Assembly: GCA_938017515.1 (NCBI GenBank)
Contig: CALIJJ010000019.1
Coordinates: 1,415-65,414, forward strand
Source: an uncultured Pseudanabaenaceae cyanobacterium
GTDB lineage: Bacteria > Cyanobacteriota > Cyanobacteriia > PCC-9006 > JAAUQQ01
Length of the DNA: 64,000 bases
Reading direction: 5' to 3'
Made by a program: the position numbers and the translations under genes. Below are positions 19,972 through 30,488 of the stretch, piece after piece (the stretch's first letter is position 1; every line of letters begins with the position of its first letter). A model generated the notes under the pieces. That model was given only the letters and a program-made list of their open reading frames with translations, was not told the DNA's origin and made no database searches.

Positions 19972-21630
19972 TTAGCGGCGATGTGGCTCCGGCTGGAGCG
20001 GCAGAAAGACCGTCACGACCTCCCCCTGTTGGGGACGTTCCTTGATCAGCAATTTGCCGCCAAGGGCCTGGAAAATGTTTTTAGTGACGGCGAGGTTGAG
20101 GCTAAGGCTGCCGGTCGCAGGCTGGAAGGAGAGCAGCTGTCCCAGTGATTTGCTCGGAGATTGGCCCGCGCAGCCGCCATCGGCAATGGTTGCGGTAATG
20201 GGATTCCCGGAACGGTCGTGGGCTTGGAACTGGAGCTTGAGCTGATCGCCGGCCAGCGAAACCTGGAGGCCGAGATTGCTTTGGGCGGGTAATTGGCGAG
20301 TGAAGCGATCGATGAGTCCTGTTAGGGCCTGATCGAGCATCTGTGGATCGCTGACAACGCAGGGCAATTGCTCCGGCAGCGCCACGTTTAGGTGGAGATT
20401 CCGACGCTCTGCCTGATTTTTCCAGCGAGGGAGTCCTTCTTGAATGACCTGATCTAGGGGAATGGCTGCCAGGAAGGATTCTCCCGTCTGGGGCTGGGGA
20501 CCCATCTCTGCAGCTCGAAAAATCAGACTAAAGCGATCGATCTGTTCAGTACATTCGTTGTCGATGATGCCCAGTCGTTTGAGTACGTCTGGGGCAAGGT
20601 CCTTGCGGCGCAGCAACAGGCGGGTCAAGGTACGAATCGTCGCTAGAGGGGTGCGAACTTCATGGGCGATCGCCTTCAATAACGCAACATCCTGGGCCTC
20701 CTCTGCCCATTCATCGGTGATGCTTTTGGGGGAGCTGGGGGAAGGAGGTTGCTCTGTCTTGATCGGCGGAGTATGGGAGCGGTCACGGCTGCGGAGGTTG
20801 GTTTTTGAGGCGGGAGAGGTTTGAGGGGGGTAGGGGACGTGGTGTGTCCCAGCTAAGTCTGCGGCCAGTTCGAGCTGGTTTTGCATCATCTGTTGGGTCA
20901 GTTGCTGGGTCCAGCGGCGGCTGAACTCGCTGATCAGGTGATAGTCCGGTGTTCCGGGGGAAAAAATTTCGAAGAGACGATGCAATTTGGTTGCGTAGCT
21001 GGCGTTGCTGAGGCGAACACGCAGCAGCAGGGCCTGCCAGCACATCTGAATGACCTTCGGATCAAAGGAAAATTGAAAGCAGGGGCGTTCATCCTGGCCC
21101 AGCACCAAAACCACGCCAAAGTCTGGCGTCAGGACTAGACAAAATTGCTCCGCGGCAAGTGGGTCTTTTTCTAGGACGGGAACCGATGTGACGGGGGTTG
21201 CGGTTAAGCCAGGACATTGATTTCCCTGGGGGTTGAGCTGTAGCGAGAGCCCCAAGGGAGCGTTGAGTGTATCCGAGACAAAAATCCAGCTCGCGAGGCG
21301 ATCACTCAGAACTGGATCGCTCACGACAGGCAACGGTCCACAGAGAACCACCCCCTGGCTGGTGTCCGTTTCTGGGGTGTTTGTCGCGTCATTATCGAGG
21401 CGGGCTTTGATGAGATCCTGTACGGCCGTCAGGGCTGCCCGCCATTCAAATTCCGCTTGAACCTGTTGCAGGGCAATGGAGGTCTGGCGTTTCTGTCCTG
21501 GAAAGGGAGCATGAAAATCGCCTGGGTGAGCATCTGGAGAGGAAGAAACATCAGGAACTGCCAGTCCAGACACTTGGTCCGCTGCTCGCCGAAAAATATC
21601 GCTCAATGATGGCAGCAACCAATTGGACAC
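19972..21630 (-). CDS. sensor histidine kinase-like protein (HisKA present, ATPase domain degenerate)
   Basis: 552 aa. H-box AIAHEVRTPLATIRTL. The C-terminal region resembles HATPase_c, but I cannot find clear N, G1 or G2 boxes. Confidence 0.6.
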   Translation of the reverse strand: MSNWLLPSLSDIFRRAADQVSGLAVPDVSSSPDAHPGDFHAPFPGQKRQTSIALQQVQAEFEWRAALTAVQDLIKARLDNDATNTPETDTSQGVVLCGPLPVVSDPVLSDRLASWIFVSDTLNAPLGLSLQLNPQGNQCPGLTATPVTSVPVLEKDPLAAEQFCLVLTPDFGVVLVLGQDERPCFQFSFDPKVIQMCWQALLLRVRLSNASYATKLHRLFEIFSPGTPDYHLISEFSRRWTQQLTQQMMQNQLELAADLAGTHHVPYPPQTSPASKTNLRSRDRSHTPPIKTEQPPSPSSPKSITDEWAEEAQDVALLKAIAHEVRTPLATIRTLTRLLLRRKDLAPDVLKRLGIIDNECTEQIDRFSLIFRAAEMGPQPQTGESFLAAIPLDQVIQEGLPRWKNQAERRNLHLNVALPEQLPCVVSDPQMLDQALTGLIDRFTRQLPAQSNLGLQVSLAGDQLKLQFQAHDRSGNPITATIADGGCAGQSPSKSLGQLLSFQPATGSLSLNLAVTKNIFQALGGKLLIKERPQQGEVVTVFLPLQPEPHRR

Positions 21631-21804
21631 CGCCTTACCCCCTCTTTATTCTGGTTGACAGTCATACCATAGCGGTTTGCTCTGCAATCTTTGGAGGCGA
21701 TCGCCGAATGCTTGAGGTGGTGATAGCCGCTTGCGTACCCCACCGTTGGCAGCCGCTGACGATTGCAGTGGCTCGATCAAAAGGGGACCCACCATCGGAT
21801 CGCC

Positions 21805-23091
21805 CTAGAACTTAAATCGTTGGCGGTGATTGGCCACCGACTCCGCCAGCCCCAGCCCAATGAAGTTAGTCAGCAGGGCGGAACGTCCATAGCTCAACAA
21901 CGGCAGCGGGATACCCGTGACCGGAGAAACACCAATGGTCATGCCGATATTGATGATGGTTTGGAACACAATCATCGACAACACGCCAATGGCGATCAGA
22001 GAGCCAAAATTATCCTTGGCATTTTGGGCAATGATCAGCAGACGCAGACAGATCAGCCAGTAAATCAGCAGGACAAGGATGCCGCCAATAAAGCCCAATT
22101 CCTCACCCACGGCCGAGAAAATAAAGTCCGTGTGCTGTTCTGGAATGAATTCAAGCTGAGTTTGGGAGCCCTGGTTCAATCCCCGGCCCCAGAGTTTGCC
22201 GGAGCCGATGGCAATGCTGGACTGAATCAGGTGATAGCCAGAACCCAAGGGATCTTGGTTGGGGTCGAGAAAGGAGGTGAGGCGAGCCCGCTGGTGCTCC
22301 TTCAAGATATTGGTCCAGGACCATTGACCCATGGTGCCTGCAATGGAGTTGAGCACCACGGCGCCAAAGGCACCAAATCTTGGCCAGGGAAGGCTTTTCC
22401 AGGCAATCACGCCAATGAAAATCAGCCAGATAAACCAGAGCGAGAAGAAGGTGGCCTTTTCTGAGCCGAAGCCATAAATAATCGCTGATGGGAGTGGAGA
22501 CAGCATCAAAATCAGCCAGCCCGGCTTGGCATTGGCCCAGTAGAGCATGCCTAGGGCGATCGCTCCGAAGACAAGTGAGGTACCTAGGTCCGGCTGGATG
22601 AAGACGAGTCCCCAGGGTAGGCCGAGGATGACCAGCGCACGGATCAGAGCGGGAATTGTGGCGGCTTCTTCCGCCCCCAGCACCGCTGCGAGAACAACAA
22701 TGACGCCGATTTTGGCAAATTCGGAGGGCTGAATATTGAAGCCGCCGACGGAAATCCAACTTCGAGCCCCTAAGGCGCTGGTACCGCCGAATTTGACCGC
22801 TAGCAGCGAAACATTGGTGATGATGTAAATGATCCAGGGCCACTGCTGGAGGCGATCGTAGCGAAATCGACTCAACAGCAGAAGCAGTAACAATCCGATG
22901 CCCCCTGTCAACCAGTGTTGCAACCAGCTCACTTCAAAGCCAATCACCTCGGTATGGAGTTGCGTACTGCGAATCAGTAGGCCGCCCAAAAACGTGAGCC
23001 CCAGGGTTGCCCCCAGGAGCCAGCGATCCATGTCTTTCCAGGGGGCGAGGAAAGGTTGGAGGGAAAAGCGACGGAAGGATCGACTGGCCAC
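21805..23091 (-). CDS. SEDS family peptidoglycan polymerase (RodA/FtsW)
   Basis: 428 aa polytopic membrane protein with the conserved SEDS blocks (GAxxWI, DFIF, LGFIG, LLSYGGS-like YGRSALL). Confidence 0.8.
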   Translation of the reverse strand: MASRSFRRFSLQPFLAPWKDMDRWLLGATLGLTFLGGLLIRSTQLHTEVIGFEVSWLQHWLTGGIGLLLLLLLSRFRYDRLQQWPWIIYIITNVSLLAVKFGGTSALGARSWISVGGFNIQPSEFAKIGVIVVLAAVLGAEEAATIPALIRALVILGLPWGLVFIQPDLGTSLVFGAIALGMLYWANAKPGWLILMLSPLPSAIIYGFGSEKATFFSLWFIWLIFIGVIAWKSLPWPRFGAFGAVVLNSIAGTMGQWSWTNILKEHQRARLTSFLDPNQDPLGSGYHLIQSSIAIGSGKLWGRGLNQGSQTQLEFIPEQHTDFIFSAVGEELGFIGGILVLLIYWLICLRLLIIAQNAKDNFGSLIAIGVLSMIVFQTIINIGMTIGVSPVTGIPLPLLSYGRSALLTNFIGLGLAESVANHRQRFKF

Positions 23092-23094
23092 GGC

Positions 23095-24168
23095 TTAACC
23101 TCCTAGGGCGAGAACGGACACACGGGCAGCGGCTTGCTGGGCGATCGCCGTCAACGCTTTTGCTGAGGCGGACTCTGGCTGACCGACCACAATGGGTGTG
23201 CCGCGATCGCCCCCTTCACGCACCGGAATCTCCAAAGGAACACAGCCCAGCAGCGGCAGACCCAATTCCTTGGCGGTGTTTTGCCCACCTTGGGAGCCAA
23301 AGATGTCGTAGGACTTCTCCGGTGCATCCGGCGGTACGAAATAGCTCATATTTTCGGCAATGCCTAGGATCGGCACACCGAGCTGCTGGAACATTTTGAG
23401 GCCACGTCGTGCGTCCAGCAGCGCAACCGTCTGAGGCGTTGTGACGATCACAGCACCAGCCATGGGAACGGCTTGGGCGAGGGTGAGCTGGGCATCACCC
23501 GTTCCCGGCGGCATATCGATGATGAGATAGTCCAGTTCCCCCCAGTTCACTTGGTACAGAAACTTCCGAATAATGCCGTTGAGCATAGGCCCACGCCAGA
23601 TCACCGGCTGATCCGGATCGATCAAAAAGGCCATGGACACCAGCTTGACGCCGTAATTGAAGGCGGGCTCCAAAATTTCACCCTGATCACCCTGCTGTAC
23701 GGAGATCTCTGCCTGGGAGAGCCCCATCATGTTGGGGGTATTGGGCCCGTAGATATCTGCGTCGAGCAGCCCCACCTTTGCTCCGCTCTCAGCCAGGGCT
23801 ACAGCGATGTTGACCGAGACGGTGCTTTTGCCCACGCCGCCCTTGCCACTGCTCACTGCAATGATGTTTTTGATGCCCGGGATATTTTGGCGATCGGGCA
23901 GGCTGGGTTGCTGAGGGGTCTCGGCTGTCACCTCCACTTCCACCGCTGTGACGCCATCCAGCGCCATGACCGCTTTCTTGCAGTCATCCACAATCATTTC
24001 CCGTAGGGGACAAGCCGGGGTTGTCAGGACCAGTGTGAAGCGAACATTGCCGCCCTCCACCTCTACATTCCGAATCATGTTGAGTTCCACGAGGCTGCGG
24101 CGCAGCTCTGGATCCTGAACCGGACGCAGAACATCGAGAATGGCGGTTTTTTCTAAAAGGGCAGGCAT
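23095..24168 (-). CDS. Mrp/NBP35/ApbC family iron-sulfur cluster carrier ATPase
   Basis: N-terminal DUF59-like domain, then the P-loop SGKGGVGKST and the CxxC-type motif region typical of Mrp/ApbC. Confidence 0.85.
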   Translation of the reverse strand: MPALLEKTAILDVLRPVQDPELRRSLVELNMIRNVEVEGGNVRFTLVLTTPACPLREMIVDDCKKAVMALDGVTAVEVEVTAETPQQPSLPDRQNIPGIKNIIAVSSGKGGVGKSTVSVNIAVALAESGAKVGLLDADIYGPNTPNMMGLSQAEISVQQGDQGEILEPAFNYGVKLVSMAFLIDPDQPVIWRGPMLNGIIRKFLYQVNWGELDYLIIDMPPGTGDAQLTLAQAVPMAGAVIVTTPQTVALLDARRGLKMFQQLGVPILGIAENMSYFVPPDAPEKSYDIFGSQGGQNTAKELGLPLLGCVPLEIPVREGGDRGTPIVVGQPESASAKALTAIAQQAAARVSVLALGG

Positions 24169-24469
24169 CAGATTTTCTTATTCCCGGTGGGTGGGGTAAA
24201 CAGCAGTCTCAACGGAGTGACTACGGTGAATTGGGGAGCGTTGAATCAATTTATGTATCTTCACATCTTAGCGGGAGAACCGTCATCCAGGCTGCTGATA
24301 CTCGGGCTACTCAAGACTTCAAAATCTTTTATCGAGAGACTTTGCGCAGATATTGTCCGCTGGGGAGCGAATGTTAAAAATGCGCAATGTTCGTTTTCCT
24401 GGGTCTCCCAAAACTGGTATTCCATTAGTAGAGATAACAAGCTCATATTTATTTAAGAACGGGTACTCC

Positions 24470-25534
24470 ATGACTGCTGCAATTCCTTCGACCCAGGCAG
24501 GTCAGAAAGCCACGGCGACGTCTTTGCCGCCGAAGAGTGAGCTGTCACTGCCGCCTCAGGATTCTCGTGAGCGGGTCAAGGCATTCATGACTGAAATTCA
24601 GGATGAAATTTGCCAAGGATTGGAGGGACTCGACGGTGGTGCTAAATTCCGCCAGGATGCCTGGACGCGTGAGGAGGGCGGTGGCGGTCGTTCCCGTGTT
24701 CTCCAGGACGGTAATGTTTTTGAGAAGGGCGGCGTCAATTTCTCTGAGGTCTGGGGAAAGAATCTTCCCCCGTCGATTCTGAACCAGTGTCCTGAAGCTG
24801 CTGGTCATGACTTTTTTGCCACGGGCACGTCGCTCGTACTGCACCCAGGCAATCCCTTTGTTCCCACAGTTCACATGAACTACCGCTACTTTGAGGCGGG
24901 CCCTGTGTGGTGGTTTGGCGGTGGCATTGATCTGACGCCTTACTACCCCTTTGCTGAGGACGCAGCGCACTTCCACCAGACCTTGAAGGCAGCCTGTGAT
25001 GAGCACCATGCTGACTACTACAAGACATTCAAGCTTTGGTGTGACGAGTACTTCTACCTGAAGCACCGGGATGAGACCCGGGGCGTTGGAGGTATTTTCT
25101 TTGATTATCAGAACGACCAAGGCGTTCTGTGCAAAGGCCCCATGATTGAGAGCAAGGCTGCTGCCCACAGCGATGAGGTGGGTAAGGTCGAACGCTCTTG
25201 GGAAGATGTCTTTGCTTTTGTTCAAAGCTGCGGCAAATCCTTCCTAGATTGCTATATGCCCATTGTGGAGCGCCGTAAGGATACGGAATATAGCGATCGC
25301 GAGCGTGACTTCCAGCTTTACCGCCGGGGCCGCTATGTGGAGTTCAATCTGGTCTATGACCGCGGCACTATCTTTGGGTTACAGACCAATGGTCGCACTG
25401 AGTCGATTTTGATGTCCTTGCCCCCGCTGGTTCGCTGGGAGTACGACTATAAGCCTGAGCCGGGGACACCGGAAGCAGAGCTGTATGAAACATTCCTTAA
25501 GCCCCAGGATTGGGCTAATTGGAAATCTTCCTAA
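24470..25534 (+). CDS. hemF: oxygen-dependent coproporphyrinogen III oxidase
   Basis: HemF blocks ([32 protein letters not shown]). Start moved to the ATG at 24470 (MTAAIPS). The ORF track starts at 24353. Confidence 0.85.
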   Translation: MTAAIPSTQAGQKATATSLPPKSELSLPPQDSRERVKAFMTEIQDEICQGLEGLDGGAKFRQDAWTREEGGGGRSRVLQDGNVFEKGGVNFSEVWGKNLPPSILNQCPEAAGHDFFATGTSLVLHPGNPFVPTVHMNYRYFEAGPVWWFGGGIDLTPYYPFAEDAAHFHQTLKAACDEHHADYYKTFKLWCDEYFYLKHRDETRGVGGIFFDYQNDQGVLCKGPMIESKAAAHSDEVGKVERSWEDVFAFVQSCGKSFLDCYMPIVERRKDTEYSDRERDFQLYRRGRYVEFNLVYDRGTIFGLQTNGRTESILMSLPPLVRWEYDYKPEPGTPEAELYETFLKPQDWANWKSS

Positions 25535-25626
25535 TCTCACCATGCCCGATGTACTCCAGGTCTGATGCGTTGCGTCGGATTGTTGTGGATGTTCTTTGGG
25601 GCGATTCATAGTGTGATGAGTCATCG

Positions 25627-25665
25627 CTTGAGGGGAGCAGCATGCTGCTCCCCTCAAGCTTTTTA
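25627..25665 (+). terminator. rho-independent terminator downstream of hemF
   Basis: Perfect hairpin cttgaggggagcagcatgctgctcccctcaag followed by ttttt. Confidence 0.7.
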
Positions 25666-25717
25666 GTCCTTGTTACAGTGCGGCTACTTCGAGGCCGATC
25701 GATGTTTTAATCGGAGT

Positions 25718-26443
25718 ATGACTCTCAAGGCGATTCTGTTTGATTTCAACGGCGTCATCATCAATGATGAGCCGATTCACGAGCGTCTGTTGGGCGACCT
25801 GCTGATCGGTGAGAATCTGAGGCCTGATCCCCAGGAGTTTGCAGAGCTGTGTTTGGGGCGGAGCGATCGCGCTTGCCTGATGGATATCTTTCAGCGAAGA
25901 GGCCGGTTGCTCAACGAAGCCGACCTCGATCGCTTGCTGGCGACCAAAGCAGATGCCTATGTCCAAGAGCTCTCCAGAATGGACAAGCTGCCAATCTATG
26001 CGGGTCTTGACGATCTCATCTATAAATGCCGGATTGCTGACCTAAAGCTCGCGGTCGTGAGCGGTGCGAGACGAGCGGAAGTGGAGCAGGTGCTAGAGCA
26101 GGCCAATCTGAGTCAGTATTTTTCGCTGTTGGTCACCAGTGATGATGTGGACACCAGCAAACCCGACCCCCAGGGCTATGTGCGGGCGGTGGAGCAACTC
26201 AAGCAGACCTATCCCACTCTGAATCTTCAACCCGAAGATTGTTTGGCCATTGAGGACACCTTTGCTGGCATTGAAGCGGCCAAACGGGCGGGACTGTCTG
26301 TGGTGGGCATTGCCAATACCTATCCGTTTCATATGATCCAACGCCAGGCAAATTGGACCATTGACTATCTCAATGACTTAGAGCTTGAACGGATTCAGCG
26401 GGTCCTGGCGGGTCTCAATGAGATTGGAGAGGATGAAGCCTGA
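25718..26443 (+). CDS. HAD-IA family hydrolase (beta-phosphoglucomutase-like)
   Basis: HAD motif I (AILFDFNGVI) and later HAD motifs (VVSGARR, IEDTFAGIEAAKRAG). Start at MTLKA, which is downstream of the terminator hairpin. Confidence 0.7.
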   Translation: MTLKAILFDFNGVIINDEPIHERLLGDLLIGENLRPDPQEFAELCLGRSDRACLMDIFQRRGRLLNEADLDRLLATKADAYVQELSRMDKLPIYAGLDDLIYKCRIADLKLAVVSGARRAEVEQVLEQANLSQYFSLLVTSDDVDTSKPDPQGYVRAVEQLKQTYPTLNLQPEDCLAIEDTFAGIEAAKRAGLSVVGIANTYPFHMIQRQANWTIDYLNDLELERIQRVLAGLNEIGEDEA

Positions 26444-26496
26444 GGCATCATTACCGGAGCTGACTCATCCATCGTCTGAATAATGTCCCCTTGCCT

Positions 26497-26572
26497 GGAC
26501 GGTTGTTGTCTGGATGGTTGCTGGTTGAATGGTTGCTGACTGGATGGTTGCTGGCTGAATGGTGAGTGGCTC
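26497..26572. repeat. tandem array of about 5 units of roughly 14 nt (tggatggttgctgg-like)
   Basis: ctggatggttgctggttgaatggttgctgactggatggttgctggctgaatggtgagtgg. Lies between the HAD hydrolase gene and galE. Confidence 0.6.
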
Positions 26573-26708
26573 TAGATGGATTTTTGTCAGATTCGGATTG
26601 AAGCGCATCTGTCGGGAATAATTTAGTAGCGCAGGAATATTTAATAACGCGGCATGTCTCGCGATACCTAGAGATCTATTCCACTCAAGTATTCCACTGG
26701 GGGATTTT

Positions 26709-27746
26709 GTGAAACCAACGGTTTTGGTTACGGGCGGAGCAGGCTACATTGGCTCCCATGCGGTTCTATCGCTCAAGCAGCAGGGCTACCAAGTCGTCAT
26801 TCTCGACAATCTTTCGGGTGGCCATAAAGACCTGGTGGAGACGGTTTTGGATGTTGAGTTTGTGGTGGGGGATACGAGCGATCGCCCTCTCCTGGACAAG
26901 CTCTTCCAGACCTATAAGATTGATGCTGTCATGCATTTTGCCGCCTATATCGCTGTGGGCGAGTCGGTGGAGCAACCGGGCAAATATTACGACAACAATG
27001 TGGGCGGTACGCTGACGTTGTTGGAGGCCATGGTGGCCGCAGGGGTCAAAAAGTTGGTCTTTTCCTCGACCTGCGCGATTTATGGTCCGCCGGACGAAGT
27101 TCCGATTCCTGAGAACCATCCCAAGCGCCCCATTAGTCCCTACGCTCGCAGTAAGTGGATGGTGGAGCAAATTTTGGAGGACTTCGACCGTGCCTATGGG
27201 CTCAAGTCCGTCCGCTTCCGCTACTTCAATGCAGCAGGGGCTGACCCTGAAGGACGCCTGGGCGAAGACCACTATCCCGAGACCCATTTGATTCCTCTGA
27301 TTATCCAGGCGGCCCTGGGTCACCGGGACTCGATCTACATTTTTGGTACCGATTACGATACCCCCGATGGCACCTGCATCCGCGACTACATCCACATCCT
27401 CGACATTGCCCAGGCCCATATTCTGGGGCTGGAGTATTTGATGCAGGGCGGTGACAGCGATGCGTTTAATCTTGGCAATGGCCAGGGCTTCTCGGTGCGT
27501 GAGGTGATTGAACTGGCCAAAACGGTCACGGCCCAGGAAATTGAAGTGATTGAGAAGCCGCGCCGGGCTGGCGATCCACCGACGCTAGTGGGCACGGGCG
27601 ATCGCGCCAAGCAAGTCCTTGGCTGGAAACCTGAGTATGCTGATCTTGAGCAAATCCTCGCCCATGCTTGGGCATGGCACCAAAAGCGCCACGGTCGCAA
27701 GAACGCTGATGCAACGCCCGCAGCCTTGGCCAGTAGCGCTAGCTGA
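26709..27746 (+). CDS. galE: UDP-glucose 4-epimerase
   Basis: TGGAGYIGSH Rossmann motif, YxxxK (YARSKW) and overall GalE-like sequence. GTG start. Confidence 0.85.
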   Translation: MKPTVLVTGGAGYIGSHAVLSLKQQGYQVVILDNLSGGHKDLVETVLDVEFVVGDTSDRPLLDKLFQTYKIDAVMHFAAYIAVGESVEQPGKYYDNNVGGTLTLLEAMVAAGVKKLVFSSTCAIYGPPDEVPIPENHPKRPISPYARSKWMVEQILEDFDRAYGLKSVRFRYFNAAGADPEGRLGEDHYPETHLIPLIIQAALGHRDSIYIFGTDYDTPDGTCIRDYIHILDIAQAHILGLEYLMQGGDSDAFNLGNGQGFSVREVIELAKTVTAQEIEVIEKPRRAGDPPTLVGTGDRAKQVLGWKPEYADLEQILAHAWAWHQKRHGRKNADATPAALASSAS

Positions 27747-27792
27747 AACCAAGCCGGTCTTGAGCTAAAAGTCGCGCTCAAAAACTGCGCCC

Positions 27793-27838
27793 AAAAACAA
27801 CGAGCGGTCATGCCAGGGCATGACCGCTCGTTGTTTTT
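27793..27838. terminator. bidirectional rho-independent terminator between galE and the SPFH gene
   Basis: aaaaacaacgagcggtcatgccagggcatgaccgctcgttgttttt. A long perfect stem flanked by an A-run and a T-run. Confidence 0.7.
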
Positions 27839-27893
27839 GGGAGGGAAAAACGCGACGAAGGAAGAACGCGACGGGGGAAGTCCTAATTGCGGC

Positions 27894-28793
27894 CTAATTA
27901 CTGACGGTGTCGCTAATACCACTGCCCGGCAGCGCTCCGGCATCTTCGTGGGCAACCAAGTCGGTCAGCGCTTCCGTCAGCTTGCTGGGATCCATGAAGA
28001 GGATCTTGGCATTGGGACTTTCGCCAATTTTCTGGCTGGCATCCACATAGCGTTGGGCCACCAGGAATTTGACGATGTCCTGGAGGGCTTCCTTCTTCTC
28101 GGCAGCAACGTTGCTGTCCCCTGAAATAATTTTTACCGCTTCCATCAGACCCTGGGCCTCGGCGATCGCCGCCGCCCGGCGGCTCTCTGCATCTTCAATG
28201 GCCGCTTGTTTACGACCCTGGGCTTCAACAATCACCGCTTCCTTGCGTTCCTGGGCAATGCGGAGGTCTTCCATGCTTTGGAGCACATCTTCGTCAAAGT
28301 CCAAATCCTTGACATCGACCCGACGAATACGAACGCCCCACTCATCAGTGACGCTATTGAGGTCGGACAGCAGCGTCGAGCTGATGTCAGAACGAGCCCC
28401 TAACAGCTCATTCATGGTCATCTGACTGATCGCGGTTCTAAGGCTCGTGAGGATGAAGTTCTCGATCGCAGCCTTGATGTCGTCCACTTGATAGTGAACC
28501 TTGTAGAGATTATCAATTTCCCAAAACACAACCGCATCCGCCTTGACCTGCACCATGTCTCGGGTAACAGCATCCTGAGGTGGGACATCGAAGACCTGCT
28601 CGCGGGTTGTGTCAATGATGATGTTGTCAACGACGGGCAAGGTAAAGTTAAGCCCTGGCGAAAGCGTGCGCCGATAGCGACCAAAGCGTTCGACGAGGGC
28701 GGCTTCGCCTTCATTAACAACTTTTACGGAGCCGGCCACATAGGCCGCCACCATGAAAATAGCGGATGCAAGGGGAGCAATGAACGGATCCAT
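27894..28793 (-). CDS. SPFH/band 7 (stomatin-prohibitin-like) family protein
   Basis: N-terminal transmembrane helix, an SPFH core and a charged coiled-coil tail (EAQGRKQAAIEDAESRRAAAIAEAQG). Start placed at the internal MDPFIAPL. The ORF track extends to 29126. Confidence 0.7.
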   Translation of the reverse strand: MDPFIAPLASAIFMVAAYVAGSVKVVNEGEAALVERFGRYRRTLSPGLNFTLPVVDNIIIDTTREQVFDVPPQDAVTRDMVQVKADAVVFWEIDNLYKVHYQVDDIKAAIENFILTSLRTAISQMTMNELLGARSDISSTLLSDLNSVTDEWGVRIRRVDVKDLDFDEDVLQSMEDLRIAQERKEAVIVEAQGRKQAAIEDAESRRAAAIAEAQGLMEAVKIISGDSNVAAEKKEALQDIVKFLVAQRYVDASQKIGESPNAKILFMDPSKLTEALTDLVAHEDAGALPGSGISDTVSN

Positions 28794-29066
28794 GGCCTGT
28801 CTACTCGTGAGGTGTTTGGGGAGTGTTTCGGGCGTTTTCCGGGGGCATTCCTTCGGGAAACAATGGGAGAGGGGATGGAAAAACGCTAGATTCAGCGTTT
28901 GGCACGCATAGTCTAGCCCAACAACCCTAGTTTTGCTCAAGTCTAATCGGGAATTGTCAAATTGCAATAGGGGACAGGCTTGCCCCGACTTATATGGGGA
29001 GACTTGCCCTGGTCGAAAGCCCGTTCCACAATAAGGAGCATTCCGCACTCCCAATCCCAAGCCTCT

Positions 29067-29756
29067 ATGCACCTTCATCCTCCAATCCATCCTCTGGAAG
29101 CGCAGCGTCTGGCCGGAGTCGAACAACAGTTAGGCTCACTACCGGTTTCCCCGGCAGAGTATGAGGTGATTCGGCGGGTGGTGGCGGTCACCGGAGATTT
29201 TGAGTTTAGCCAGTCCTTGCATTTTTCCAGCGATGCCCTGAAATCTGGGGCCGCAGCCCTGGCAGCCCGGAGCACGATTTTGGTTGATATTCCGGCGGTT
29301 CAAGTCGCGGCGATGCCGACCATCCAGGCGAGCTTTGCTAACCCGACCTACTGTTGCCTGGATGCGATCACTCGCCCCCAGCGTACAAAAACGGCCACGG
29401 CTTGGGGCTTAGAAGTGCTCGCTCCCCGTTATCCCAATGCTGTGGTGGTGGTGGGACAGACCCCCAGTACGTTGGTAACGCTGGGAGAGCTGATTCAAAA
29501 CAAAGTCATCTATCCAGCCCTTGTGATTGCGACACCTCCCCATCTGCAGATGGTGGACCACTTGAATGAGACGAACCCAGCCAGCGCTCCAATGGGTCCG
29601 GTGTTGGAGCTGCTTCAGCGGGTCGGGGTGCCCTATGTGGGGGTGTCGGGGCAGAAGGGAAATGCCATGGTGGCGATCGCCATCCTCACCGCATTGATTG
29701 AAATGACCTGGCAAGCCTATGGCCAAGACCCTCGCACTGGCATTATTTCTCGTTAG
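29067..29756 (+). CDS. cobH: precorrin-8X methylmutase (CobH/CbiC)
   Basis: Blocks VVAVTGDFEF, STILVDIPAVQVAAM and VVVGQTPSTLVTL match CobH/CbiC. Start moved to the ATG at 29067. Confidence 0.7.
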   Translation: MHLHPPIHPLEAQRLAGVEQQLGSLPVSPAEYEVIRRVVAVTGDFEFSQSLHFSSDALKSGAAALAARSTILVDIPAVQVAAMPTIQASFANPTYCCLDAITRPQRTKTATAWGLEVLAPRYPNAVVVVGQTPSTLVTLGELIQNKVIYPALVIATPPHLQMVDHLNETNPASAPMGPVLELLQRVGVPYVGVSGQKGNAMVAIAILTALIEMTWQAYGQDPRTGIISR

Positions 29757-29920
29757 CCAAATAGTCTCGCTAGATATCAAGACTATTTGGCTAAGGGGCG
29801 AATCGATGGCCTGTCGCCTGGGGCAAAGCGAAAGTGTATTCACGTATTCTGCCAAGGGCAGCTGTTGGAAGATACGTGGATGCGCCAGGGTTATTTGAAG
29901 ATGCTGTGGGCAATATAAGT

Positions 29921-30053
29921 TCAGCCAAGAGGAAAGCAGACTAGAGAGTTCTGCACAGCGAGCCTAGCTCGCTTGCGAGTCTCTAAGAAGCTAACTGTCC
30001 TTGCAGGTAATTCGCTTAGCTCCGGGGGCTTTAGTGGGCTAGGCGATTTCTTA
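29921..30053 (+). ncRNA. candidate small RNA, copy 1 of a paralogous pair
   Basis: ORF-free region. A TATAAG -10-like hexamer sits just upstream. Conserved 5' block cagccaagaggaaagca. Conserved single-stranded block aagaagctaactgtccttgcaggt. Terminal hairpin tcgcttagc...gctaggcga followed by a T-run. Confidence 0.4.
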
Positions 30054-30158
30054 ATTATCAGGTATGAGTCGCTCCAACTTTACCTGATGGTGATTTAGCT
30101 CCAGTCAGAACCAAGGGTGTTTTCTTGGACTGAGCTAGTCACCACCTCTCAACTCAGC

Positions 30159-30195
30159 AAAAAGGCTGCGACTCAATTGAGTCGCAGCCTTTTTG
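30159..30195. terminator. bidirectional rho-independent terminator
   Basis: aaaaaggctgcgactcaattgagtcgcagccttttt. Perfect 13 bp stem with A and T flanks. Confidence 0.7.
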
Positions 30196-30488
30196 TTTTG
30201 TCTTTGCTGATTGAGATATCTTTGCTGATTGAGATATTCAGGGACTGACGATACTCAAAGTTTTCAATGTCCCCATGCACTTCACGGCTTAGAAGTTACC
30301 GTAAGCCATCAAAAAGGAGGGATCCAGGAAACATCTGTAAAGGATGTATCAAATAACATGGCATAGAAACGGCTGGAAAATTCTCTCGCTCCGATCTTTC
30401 AGTAGATCAACGAATCTTGACAAACAAAGAATTTTCAAGATACGTAGAAGCGCGATGGCTGTACTCCACTGCAATTGACACAATGGTA

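Noticed and set aside
22151-22843. 230 aa minus-strand ORF inside the SEDS gene
   Set aside because: It is an alternate frame of the same strand as the conserved RodA/FtsW ORF. Arg-rich and without motifs.
26497-26572. CRISPR array
   Set aside because: The units are only about 14 nt with no spacers of defined length. None of the tandem arrays in the window has CRISPR-like repeat-spacer architecture, and no cas genes are present.
30345-30488. 47 aa ORF with a distant upstream AGGAGG in the ORF-free region
   Set aside because: The Shine-Dalgarno-like sequence is about 25 nt from the ATG. The peptide has no features, and the region is better explained by structured RNA.
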